Source: an uncultured Planctomycetales bacterium | GTDB lineage: Bacteria > Omnitrophota > Gorgyraeia > Zapsychrales > JBDRMG01 | Length of the DNA: 64,000 nucleotides | Reading direction: 5' to 3' | NCBI GenBank assembly: GCA_964478715.1 | Contig: CAYZIY010000006.1 | Span: 23,186 to 87,185 of the forward strand | Shown: positions 9,045 through 17,199 of the stretch, piece by piece | Layout: each line of letters opens with the position of its first letter | Numbering within the stretch: position 1 is the stretch's first letter | The notes under the pieces: generated by a model | What the model saw: the letters and a program-made list of their open reading frames with translations, nothing else | What the model was told of the DNA's origin: nothing | Databases searched by the model: none | Translations under genes and position numbers: made by a program

Positions 9045-10752
9045 CGGGACCTCCTTCTTTTTTCTGATTAACATGGTTCTTAAGCCTGCGAAGAAATTCT
9101 GGATGAGCCTTGTGGCCAAGCCGTAAAGACATTTTACAATTTTTCCATGCTTTTTGGTAGTTTTGTTTTTTGTAATAGGCTAAAGCCAAATTGTAGTAGG
9201 CTGTCGGAAAATCTGGATCTATTTTTGCAGCTTCCTTGAAATACGCAATTGCTTTATCCAGATCTTGTAGAAGATAGTAAGATTTTCCAATACTGTTGGG
9301 GATAAACGGATCATCAGGATCAAGGGCTTTGGCCGTCTTAAGCGTTTTTAAAGCCAGGTGAGGCTTACCTGCGTTGTTATAAGCAATTCCCAGGTTCAAA
9401 TGGATAGGCGCGTTTTGCGGAAATCTGCCGAGGCCTTGATGAAGAATCTGGACAGCGTCTTGAGGCCTCCCTTTTTCAATGTAGAGATATCCGAGATTGA
9501 CAAAAGGAAGCGCGATAGTCGTATTTTTTGCAAGAAGAGATTCCCATAATGTCTCCTCATCCTTATACCGGTTTGTTAAGTGAAATGATTTCACGGATAA
9601 AAAAGTGATCATCATTAGGCTCAGGAAAAAGCTTCCGATAGATCGATGGAAATTTCTCAAAAATAAATATCGTTTTCTTAAGCTTTCCCAGAAATAAAAA
9701 AAGAATGTTAAGAAAAAAAAGATCAAATACGGCATAGCTGGATAAGTAAAATGATCCGCGACAAAAGAAAACTTCATCCCATAAAAATTAAAAAATCCTA
9801 AAACCGGGAAGAGTGCGGCTGTCATCATAAGAAAAGATAACAAGGGCTCCCTTTTGTTGTTTTGAAATAATCTAAAGAGAACAAAGAGGATTGCCGCTAA
9901 GGCCAGCGGAAAAGCATAAGACCAGAGGTTTGTTAAATCCAAATTCCAGTGGGGATAAAAAAACAGGAATTCACCAAACGGAAAAAGAAAACGACTTGAA
10001 TAAAAAAACAGAATTTGACAAGACAGTAAGAGCCGTTGGGCAATACTAAAATCCCACTCAGGGCCGTAAGCTCCCACTCGAAATCTTTCCAGATAGACGG
10101 TATGCAAAGCCGCCACAAGACCCATAATGAGAAATGGTCCAATCCTTTTGGCATCTCGTCTAGTTGGTCTCTCTCCTTTTCGCAGGGTCACAAAGATCGG
10201 AAAAAGAATGAAATGCACAACCGCTGTCTTGCACAAGAGCGCCAGGGTGAAACAGAAAAACGAAAGAGCGTACCAGCCTGTTTTATTTTCATCATCATAT
10301 CGCATAAAACTTAAAGCGGCGCAAAAAAAGAAAAAAAGGCTAAAAATATTTTTTTGCTCCATTACCCAGCAGACCGTCTCCACCTGAAGCGGATGGCAGG
10401 AGAAAATAAGGGCGCCCAGAAATGCGAATTTCGGGAACAGCCGACGAAAAAATTCGAAACACAAAAGCGTATTGGCGATATGGAAAACAAGACTGAGGAG
10501 ATGATATCCGAGAGGATTCAGCCCCCAGAATTTTTCCTGAATCCAGAAAAAAGAAAACACCAGGGGGTAATACTGGTGTATTTTATGAGAAAACCAAATA
10601 TTTTTCAGACCCTCCAGATTTTGCAGATAAGGATTGTTGAGGATGTAGGAATCGTCATCCCAGATAAAACCATTACCGAGAGAGGATGCATAAATCAAAA
10701 GGGGCAAAAGGATCAGTATGAAAATTTTAGACTCTCGATTGAATGATAACAT
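9037..10752 (-). CDS. TMTC-like GT-C membrane glycosyltransferase with C-terminal TPRs
   Basis: FIWDD early loop, HP..VE.V.W, ADHFTY, many TM helices, C-terminal TPR repeats. Confidence 0.8.
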   Translation of the reverse strand: MLSFNRESKIFILILLPLLIYASSLGNGFIWDDDSYILNNPYLQNLEGLKNIWFSHKIHQYYPLVFSFFWIQEKFWGLNPLGYHLLSLVFHIANTLLCFEFFRRLFPKFAFLGALIFSCHPLQVETVCWVMEQKNIFSLFFFFCAALSFMRYDDENKTGWYALSFFCFTLALLCKTAVVHFILFPIFVTLRKGERPTRRDAKRIGPFLIMGLVAALHTVYLERFRVGAYGPEWDFSIAQRLLLSCQILFFYSSRFLFPFGEFLFFYPHWNLDLTNLWSYAFPLALAAILFVLFRLFQNNKREPLLSFLMMTAALFPVLGFFNFYGMKFSFVADHFTYPAMPYLIFFFLTFFFYFWESLRKRYLFLRNFHRSIGSFFLSLMMITFLSVKSFHLTNRYKDEETLWESLLAKNTTIALPFVNLGYLYIEKGRPQDAVQILHQGLGRFPQNAPIHLNLGIAYNNAGKPHLALKTLKTAKALDPDDPFIPNSIGKSYYLLQDLDKAIAYFKEAAKIDPDFPTAYYNLALAYYKKQNYQKAWKNCKMSLRLGHKAHPEFLRRLKNHVNQKKEGGPDA

Positions 10753-10771
10753 AACGGATCCCTGTGGAGAA

Positions 10772-12421
10772 TCAGGGCGTTAGCAGCCCTTGTGCCAGCA
10801 GGATCCCCAGGACTAAAATGATCACCGCGCTCAAGATCATATAGACTTGATCATCTTTTCTGGGGTTAAGATCATGGACTTTTGTCTTTGCCCACTGGTC
10901 GCCCCACCTTTTTCCGAGGCGATCGAAATACATAATAAAATATTCAAAAATGGCAAGAAACGGAATGATTAAGGTCAGATTTCTTGAGAGACCCTGCAGG
11001 AAATCGATATCGTCATTATTGTCTTGAACAACTTTGAGATTGATTAGGGCTTTGCCAGGACTTCTTCCGGTAAAGGAATCTCGTAAAAGAAAATAGAGAG
11101 CAAAAATTATAATGAAGATATTCCATCGGAAAAGAACCACCAGAAAGAAATGGATGACAAAAGTCAGCATCAGATCAATCAGATAGGCGCAGACTCGCTT
11201 ATAAGCGCTCGGTTTGTGAAAAATTTTCTTTGCAGTCGGATTGATTTCTTCCTGAATGGCCGGCGTAATTTCAGGATGAGAAATATGATTTTCTGGGTTT
11301 GGAGTGAAAGCGGATTTTGATGACTTTATTATCTTGCTTTTTCTTTTTTCCGAAAAGAGCAATACGAAAGCCGTACCAAAGACGATAAATAAAAGAACGA
11401 TAATAATAAGCAGGAATACGGATCCAATGGTTTGTTCCCGGAAATTATTGCGGTTGATGTTTTGTTTGAAAGCAGGGTTCTTCTGAGCCTTGGTGGCTTT
11501 AATTTGATTCAGAAGATCTCTTTTGAAGGGCTCGTGAACTTGATACCCCAAATGTTCTGCGGTTATTAAGTCCTGATGGCTCTCGGAGAATCTTTTTTTG
11601 GCGAATAAGGCAATACTGCGACTGTAATAGGCGGGGGCATAATCAGGATCGCGGTTCAGCGACATTCGATAAAATTTGATCGCTTCATCATAATCTTCTG
11701 CCGTCAAATAAAGATTTCCGATATTGGTATAAATATCGGCCCGTTGCGGATTGATCTCAGTGACGCTCGCGTAATCATTGAGCGCCATCTCCAACTCTCC
11801 CAGAGTATAGTACACATTGCCTCTATTGAGATAGGCTTGGAGCAAAGCGGGATTAATTTCAAGAGCCCGGGTTAGATAATCGACAGCTTTTTCAAAATCC
11901 TTATTTTCAAAGGCGTGAGTTCCTTTATTGTAAAAAATCAGCGCCATATCGGGGTGGTAGTGACCTGAAATATCATAAGCTTTGAGATAATATTCCAGCG
12001 CCTGCTCCTGTTTTCCTAGAGCGGCATAGGCGGATCCTAAGCCCCTATAGGCTTGCTCGTCATCGGGATGATCCTCCAGAACAGTTTTGTAGTATTTGAT
12101 GGCAATATAGGGATCATCAAGGGAAACGCTTAGTTTGGGAGGCGGTGTCTGACGGAAATGTGTATCGGATTCCCGATTATCCTCTTGGTCAATACGATCT
12201 TTGAAATCCGATATTTTTTCGATTTCATCTCGGTAGTACTTAAGTTCAATCTCCTGAGATGTCTTGATCTTAATGAAATCCCTGTTCTGCTCTATGATCT
12301 GACCGGAAATTGTATTGCCGTTCTTTAGGGAAATAATTTCAGCAAAGATGCCGAAAGAAGGAAGCAAAAGCAAGAGTGAAAATAAAAGAAACTTCTTTAT
12401 TAAATCGCAGAATTTTTTCAT
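10772..12421 (-). CDS. TPR-repeat plus RDD-domain membrane protein
   Basis: Signal peptide, several TPRs, a TM helix, then RDD motifs KRVCAYLID, GRSPGK, RWGDQWAKTKV. Confidence 0.75.
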   Translation of the reverse strand: MKKFCDLIKKFLLFSLLLLLPSFGIFAEIISLKNGNTISGQIIEQNRDFIKIKTSQEIELKYYRDEIEKISDFKDRIDQEDNRESDTHFRQTPPPKLSVSLDDPYIAIKYYKTVLEDHPDDEQAYRGLGSAYAALGKQEQALEYYLKAYDISGHYHPDMALIFYNKGTHAFENKDFEKAVDYLTRALEINPALLQAYLNRGNVYYTLGELEMALNDYASVTEINPQRADIYTNIGNLYLTAEDYDEAIKFYRMSLNRDPDYAPAYYSRSIALFAKKRFSESHQDLITAEHLGYQVHEPFKRDLLNQIKATKAQKNPAFKQNINRNNFREQTIGSVFLLIIIVLLFIVFGTAFVLLFSEKRKSKIIKSSKSAFTPNPENHISHPEITPAIQEEINPTAKKIFHKPSAYKRVCAYLIDLMLTFVIHFFLVVLFRWNIFIIIFALYFLLRDSFTGRSPGKALINLKVVQDNNDDIDFLQGLSRNLTLIIPFLAIFEYFIMYFDRLGKRWGDQWAKTKVHDLNPRKDDQVYMILSAVIILVLGILLAQGLLTP

Positions 12422-12455
12422 GCTGGTAGCGGCGGGCGAGGCCTCGTCCAAATAA

Positions 12456-12529
12456 TAGCGGGGGTCAGAATTGAACTGACGACGCCACGGGTATGAGCCG
12501 TGTGCTCTAACCAGCTGAGCTACCCCGCC
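12456..12529 (-). tRNA. tRNA-Met(CAT), probably elongator
   Basis: GGCGGGGTAGCTCAGCTGGTTAGAGCA-CACGG-CTCATAC-CCGTG...GTTCAATTC...CCCCGCTA cloverleaf. The 1-72 position pairs (G-U) and there is no encoded CCA. Confidence 0.93.
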
Positions 12530-12601
12530 ATGGAATCAATCTTATTTCATCGGGCTTGCTAAAGATCTTGACCATCTATGGCTAAGTCTTTGTGATGAAA
12601 G

Positions 12602-12630
12602 ATTTTAAGCGAATTGAGAGCAAAGATCAA
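12602..12630 (-). promoter_or_regulatory. putative sigma70 promoter for tRNA-Met
   Basis: TTGATC-N17-TAAAAT on the minus strand. Confidence 0.5.
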
Positions 12631-12667
12631 GGGTTTTCTTCTAAAGTGTCAAGCCAAAGCGCAAGCC

Positions 12668-12967
12668 TTAGAGGTAAAAGATCGTATACAGCAGGATTGT
12701 GATCAAAATCAGTGAAAGGATATAGAAGTCGTTATAATAAATGAAATCTCTTATCTTCTCGGAGACGGTGTAGTCAAACCGGGTTGTTTCTTGCTCAATC
12801 TGTTCTTCGTTTCTCAAGTCAAGGACTTCGCTTCTTTTTAGACGCAAAAACTGTCCGGCTATGCGATAAGCCTGGAGCTTGCGCTGTTCGATAAAATCCA
12901 TGATTTTTTTTTCCGAAATGCCCAAAGCCTGGGCTGCTTCTCGGACAGATATAAATTGATCAGCCAT
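12668..12967 (-). CDS. HTH_17 (excisionase/BldC-like) DNA-binding protein with C-terminal TM anchor
   Basis: ISVREAAQALGISEKKI...KLQAYRIAGQFLRLKRSEV, followed by hydrophobic tail FYILSLILITILLYTIFYL. Confidence 0.8.
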   Translation of the reverse strand: MADQFISVREAAQALGISEKKIMDFIEQRKLQAYRIAGQFLRLKRSEVLDLRNEEQIEQETTRFDYTVSEKIRDFIYYNDFYILSLILITILLYTIFYL

Positions 12968-12978
12968 TTCGATGAGAC

Positions 12979-13497
12979 CTATTTAATTTTTGTGGAGGCC
13001 GCCCATTCGTCAATACGGGAGCGTTCAAACTTCCAGGCATTGCCTTCCTTTTTAGCGGGAATTTGTCCGGAATTAGCCAGCTCAATAATCGAATTTTGCT
13101 CAATCTCCAGATAACGCGCTAGTTCATCTAATTCAAGAAACTCATCCATCATTTGGCATTTTCCCTGGAAGATGGCCCCTTCAACGACATTGAGTTTGGG
13201 AGTCTGGATATTGCCGTTTAAGACCGCCGTAGGCATTAGAACAAGCATTTTGCGTGCGAGAATATCTCCCTTAACTTTTCCGGCGATAACAATATTCTCT
13301 CCATTGATATGAGCGGATACATTTGCCGTTTGACCGACGGTGAGAGTTCCGCGTGTTTCCAGAGTTCCCTCAAATTTCCCGTTAATTTTTAGATTTACGG
13401 GATCTTTAAAGGATAAGGTGCCCTGCATTTTTGCGTTGATTTCGATGACTTTTTCATGATCCTCGTTTTGACTGTTTCTGCGGTCGCGTAATGCCAT
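12979..13497 (-). CDS. bactofilin (polymer-forming) domain fused to C-terminal HTH_17 domain
   Basis: Beta-helix repeats LKINGKFEG, IVIAGKVKGDI, VVEGAIFQGKCQM, then LELDELARYLEI...QIPAKKEGNAWKFERSRIDEW. SD GGAGG present. Confidence 0.85.
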   Translation of the reverse strand: MALRDRRNSQNEDHEKVIEINAKMQGTLSFKDPVNLKINGKFEGTLETRGTLTVGQTANVSAHINGENIVIAGKVKGDILARKMLVLMPTAVLNGNIQTPKLNVVEGAIFQGKCQMMDEFLELDELARYLEIEQNSIIELANSGQIPAKKEGNAWKFERSRIDEWAASTKIK

Positions 13498-13520
13498 TTG
13501 ACCAACCTCCTTTTATGAGT

Positions 13521-13949
13521 CTATGCCAGCGATTTTTCAATGGAACGCAATCCCGTTAAAACAAAAAATACAACTAAAGCAACAAAAATGGCCGCTCGGT
13601 AATATCCCACCCCTACAGCGATTCCAATTGCGGCCGCAATCCAAAGGGTTGCTGCTGTTGTTAAACCTTTCACTCCTGAACCTCCCTGGATGATTGTTCC
13701 GGCACATAGAAAACCTATTCCCGTAATAACAGCGGCAATAATGCGCGTGGGATCGACTCTTGTTGCTATGCTACTTATATCAGAAACAAAAAAAGAAGTC
13801 AATACAATCAATGCCGCACCTAACCCTATCAGAATATGTGTTCTTAAGCCCGCGTCCTTATGCCGGATACCGCGTTCGGCTCCGATTAAACCACTTAAAA
13901 CAATGGCCAGGACAATCCGGATGACTAATACAAAAAAAGATATTTGCAT
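13521..13949 (-). CDS. MgtC/SapB family membrane protein
   Basis: Motifs IGAER, AGLRTHIL, DPTRIIA.VITGIGFLCAG, GLTTAATLW. SD precedes the ATG at 13949. Confidence 0.93.
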   Translation of the reverse strand: MQISFFVLVIRIVLAIVLSGLIGAERGIRHKDAGLRTHILIGLGAALIVLTSFFVSDISSIATRVDPTRIIAAVITGIGFLCAGTIIQGGSGVKGLTTAATLWIAAAIGIAVGVGYYRAAIFVALVVFFVLTGLRSIEKSLA

Positions 13950-13978
13950 GACAAAACCCTCCTTCATGGTGTTGATGT

Positions 13979-14953
13979 TTAAGCAAAATGAAATCCTAAG
14001 CCGGCGATCATGGCGGCATTATCCATGCAGAGTTCGAGGTCAGGAATAAAAACATGAATTTTTCTCAATCGACATTCTTCGGTGAGCCTTTGACGCAATA
14101 GGGAATTGGCGGCTACGCCACCACCAACCAAAAGTATTTTGACATTTTTTTTCTGACACGCTTGAAGACTGTTGGCAACCAGAGATTCCACAACACAGTT
14201 TTGAAAAGCAAAACAGATATCCGCTAAAGACAACTTATTATTTCTATTTTTTTGAACAAAATAGGCCACAGCCGTTTTAATTCCGCTGAAGCTAAAGTCT
14301 AGGCTTCCGGGAAAACGGGCACATCGAAACTGAATCCGGGAAGTCCCGCCTTTTTTGGCGAGTCGGTCTATAGCCGGTCCTCCGGGATAATCCAGCCCAA
14401 GAATACGGGCTACTTTGTCGAAGGCTTCTCCGGCGGCATCATCACGGGTTTGTCCGATCAGAACCTGATGTCGAAAATCCTTTAAATAAAAAAGCGAAGA
14501 ATGCCCACCGGATGCAACCAGGCCGATAGCTGGTAGTCGAGGAGATCTTTTCTGTTTATTTATAGATTGCCTTTTCGCTGTTCTTTTTTTAAGGAAATTG
14601 GCATACAGATGAGCGTGAATGTGGTTTACATTGATGACGCGAATTCTTTGGGCGTAACCAAGGGCTCTGGCAAAAGCGGTTCCCACCAAAAGAGACCCGA
14701 TCAAGCCTGGATTATGAGTCATGGCTATGGCATGGATATTCTTTAGAGATAATCCGGATTTCCTGAGAGCCTGCTCAACGACAATGTGAATAAGCTCCAT
14801 TTGCCGACGGGAAGCAATTTCGGGTATAATCCCCCCGTATTTCCGGTGTTCTTTGATGCTTGAGGAAACGGTGTTGGATAGGATGAAGCGTCCATTTTGC
14901 ACAACGGAAGCAGCTGTTTCATCGCAAGATGTTTCGATGCCCAGAATGTTCAT
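13979..14953 (-). CDS. tsaD: tRNA threonylcarbamoyladenosine transferase TsaD
   Basis: Motifs ILGIETSCDET, NHIHAH, SGGHS, DDAAGEAFDK, DNAAMIA. Confidence 0.96.
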   Translation of the reverse strand: MNILGIETSCDETAASVVQNGRFILSNTVSSSIKEHRKYGGIIPEIASRRQMELIHIVVEQALRKSGLSLKNIHAIAMTHNPGLIGSLLVGTAFARALGYAQRIRVINVNHIHAHLYANFLKKRTAKRQSINKQKRSPRLPAIGLVASGGHSSLFYLKDFRHQVLIGQTRDDAAGEAFDKVARILGLDYPGGPAIDRLAKKGGTSRIQFRCARFPGSLDFSFSGIKTAVAYFVQKNRNNKLSLADICFAFQNCVVESLVANSLQACQKKNVKILLVGGGVAANSLLRQRLTEECRLRKIHVFIPDLELCMDNAAMIAGLGFHFA

Positions 14954-15786
14954 TGTATTTTAAGGATTTCTTCAACGGGAACGAATTTGAACCCCTTTTT
15001 TTCATATTCCTTGATCTGTTGCGCGATAATTCTTAAGGACAAAATGCGGTCATGGGCAATACCTATGGCATAGCCTTTTTCACGGGCAATTTGCGCTAAT
15101 TGCGCAAATTGCCCGGCAATATAATCGGCATCGCTTTCGTTGTCCAGAAACACATCTCGAGAACCGTTCAAAATGCCCATCTGTTTGGCTACTTTTTGGC
15201 TGATCGAATGCTGTGTCACAAGACTGTCTACAAAAAAAAGCCCCCTCTTTTTCAATTCCCCGAGTACAATACGCATAAAGTTTTCATCTTCTGTGGCTTT
15301 TGAACCCATGTGATTATTGATTCCTTCAATATGAGGAACGCTGGATAATATCCGGCGAAGGAGTTTTTTAATTTTTTCTTTTGACATATCTGTTTTTATG
15401 ATGTAATCGTTCGGATATTTTTCATAACTTATATGCGGTTCCAACGGCAGGTGCAGCAAAACGTCCTTATTCTGTTGATGGGCGCAGGCGGCGATATCCT
15501 TGGAGTAAGGCAAATCAGGAAGAACGGAAACGGCAATGGGGGAATCAATGCCTTGTAGCTGTTCGCAATGATTTATATTATAGCCCCAATCGTCGATGAT
15601 AATCGCTATGAGTCCCTGGGTAGGAGAAATTTTTTCTTGATCAATAACGGGCGTTTTTTTTATATATTCTCTCTGCTGGTAGAGGATGAAAAGGCTCTCC
15701 AGGATAACAAGGAGAGACAGGATGATAATCGTTATCGATGAGGCACTTAACAGATTGCTTTTTCGAAGCGGTCTCCTTCTTTTCAT
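14950..15786 (-). CDS. divergent polysaccharide deacetylase family protein
   Basis: Motifs IAIIIDDWG, LHLPLEP, NNHMGS, FVDS, RDVFLDN, AIGIAH. Confidence 0.92.
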   Translation of the reverse strand: MKRRRPLRKSNLLSASSITIIILSLLVILESLFILYQQREYIKKTPVIDQEKISPTQGLIAIIIDDWGYNINHCEQLQGIDSPIAVSVLPDLPYSKDIAACAHQQNKDVLLHLPLEPHISYEKYPNDYIIKTDMSKEKIKKLLRRILSSVPHIEGINNHMGSKATEDENFMRIVLGELKKRGLFFVDSLVTQHSISQKVAKQMGILNGSRDVFLDNESDADYIAGQFAQLAQIAREKGYAIGIAHDRILSLRIIAQQIKEYEKKGFKFVPVEEILKIQ

Positions 15787-15810
15787 AATGACACATCATC
15801 GATCAGGGAA

Positions 15811-15827
15811 AGCCGAAATTTTCGGTT
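15811..15827 (-). terminator. possible weak hairpin/terminator after ctpA
   Basis: AACCGAA-AAT-TTCGGCT stem immediately after the stop codon, with only a short T tract. Confidence 0.3.
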
Positions 15828-15828
15828 G

Positions 15829-17199
15829 TCAGCTTTCAAAATTTTGATAAACCTTCAGTCCTTTAATGATATTAATGGCGCCCTGGACCTGATTATCGTC
15901 TTTCAGTCGCTTGGAGATTATTTCTTCGCGGCGAATCTTTTCGGCTTCATTAGGGTCATCGCTTTGCTCTTCAACGGTTTTAAAAATTTCATCGGCCTTG
16001 TCGATATTTTCAACATCTTCGCCTTTGAGCAGTTCTTCGCCAATGCGATAGACTCTTTCAATCACGACATCGGGCGTGATCCCTGTTTCGTGAATGGACT
16101 GCCCCGAAGGGGTGAAATATTTACTGGTGGTTAATCTCAGACCCGCTCCGTCAGGCAACGGAATCACGGTTTGAACCGAACCTTTTCCGAAAGACTGGGT
16201 TCCGACAATAATGGCTCTCTTGTCATCTTGAAGGGCTCCTGCCAGGATTTCACTTCCGGAAGCTGACCCTTCGTTAATCAAAACAACCAGGGGCCAATTT
16301 AAGAAATTTTTATTCCTATTTTTGGACATGATTTCTGTTGTCTGAGAGGGCCGCCTTCCTTTTGTGCTGACAATGCCGGCTCCTTCAGGGAGAAGTTCTT
16401 CGGTAATATCAATGGCGACATTCAGAAGACCGCCTGGATTATTGCGCAAATCAAGGATCAGGCTGTCCGCTCCTTGATCTTTAAGTTGTTCAAGGGCTTT
16501 GACAAATTCTTGGTGCGTATCTTCTCGAAATTCTGCCAGACGAACATAGCCGATGCTTTCTTCTATAATGCGAGTATATTTGATGTCCTGAATATGAATT
16601 ACCTTGCGCGTGATTGTGAAGTCTAGCAGTTTCAAGCTTCCCTCTCTCCAGACGGTGATTGTCACATCTGTTTTGGGATCTCCCCTCAATTTCTTTACGG
16701 CATCAGCCAATGACATATCGCGGGTGATTTCGTCTTCAATTTTGACAATTCGATCTCCGGCTTGAATTCCGGCCTCCCAAGCAGGCGTATCTTCCAAAGG
16801 CGTAACAACGGTTAAAAGGCCGTCACGGATTGTGATTTCGATTCCCAGGCCGCCGAATTTTCCCTTGGTTTCTGTCTTTAACTCTATGTATTCTTCCGGT
16901 TTCATGAATTGACTATGAGGATCAAGAGACTGAAGCATTCCATTCAAAGCCCCGTAAATCAGTTCCTGAGGACTTGGCTCTTCCGCATATTCGGTTTGCA
17001 CAGTAGCCAGGGCATAGCTAAAGAGCTCGACCTGGGTATAAAGATCGCCCTTGATTTCTTCTTGTATTTCCTCGATGGTGGCTGGCTGTCGCTCGAGAAT
17101 TTCATCAGGATTGATCGTTTCATTCATCTGGCTCAAACTTATTTGAGCAGGCAAAAGAAAAAGTATGCAGATGATCCAAGCAAGAATTCGTTTACTCAT
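15829..17199 (-). CDS. ctpA: S41 carboxyl-terminal processing protease
   Basis: LDPHS, PDZ domain, DLRNNPGGLL, SASGSEI, FGKGSVQ. Confidence 0.93.
   Translation of the reverse strand: MSKRILAWIICILFLLPAQISLSQMNETINPDEILERQPATIEEIQEEIKGDLYTQVELFSYALATVQTEYAEEPSPQELIYGALNGMLQSLDPHSQFMKPEEYIELKTETKGKFGGLGIEITIRDGLLTVVTPLEDTPAWEAGIQAGDRIVKIEDEITRDMSLADAVKKLRGDPKTDVTITVWREGSLKLLDFTITRKVIHIQDIKYTRIIEESIGYVRLAEFREDTHQEFVKALEQLKDQGADSLILDLRNNPGGLLNVAIDITEELLPEGAGIVSTKGRRPSQTTEIMSKNRNKNFLNWPLVVLINEGSASGSEILAGALQDDKRAIIVGTQSFGKGSVQTVIPLPDGAGLRLTTSKYFTPSGQSIHETGITPDVVIERVYRIGEELLKGEDVENIDKADEIFKTVEEQSDDPNEAEKIRREEIISKRLKDDNQVQGAINIIKGLKVYQNFES

Noticed and set aside
12456-13497. Prophage or integrative element suggested by excisionase-like HTH genes beside tRNA-Met
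   Set aside because: No integrase, att duplication of the tRNA 3' end, or phage genes are seen; the flanks are housekeeping genes.
13498-13504. TGGTCAA next to the bactofilin-HTH start as part of a shared HTH regulon
   Set aside because: This 7-mer also occurs repeatedly inside coding regions of the window, so a single copy is not significant.
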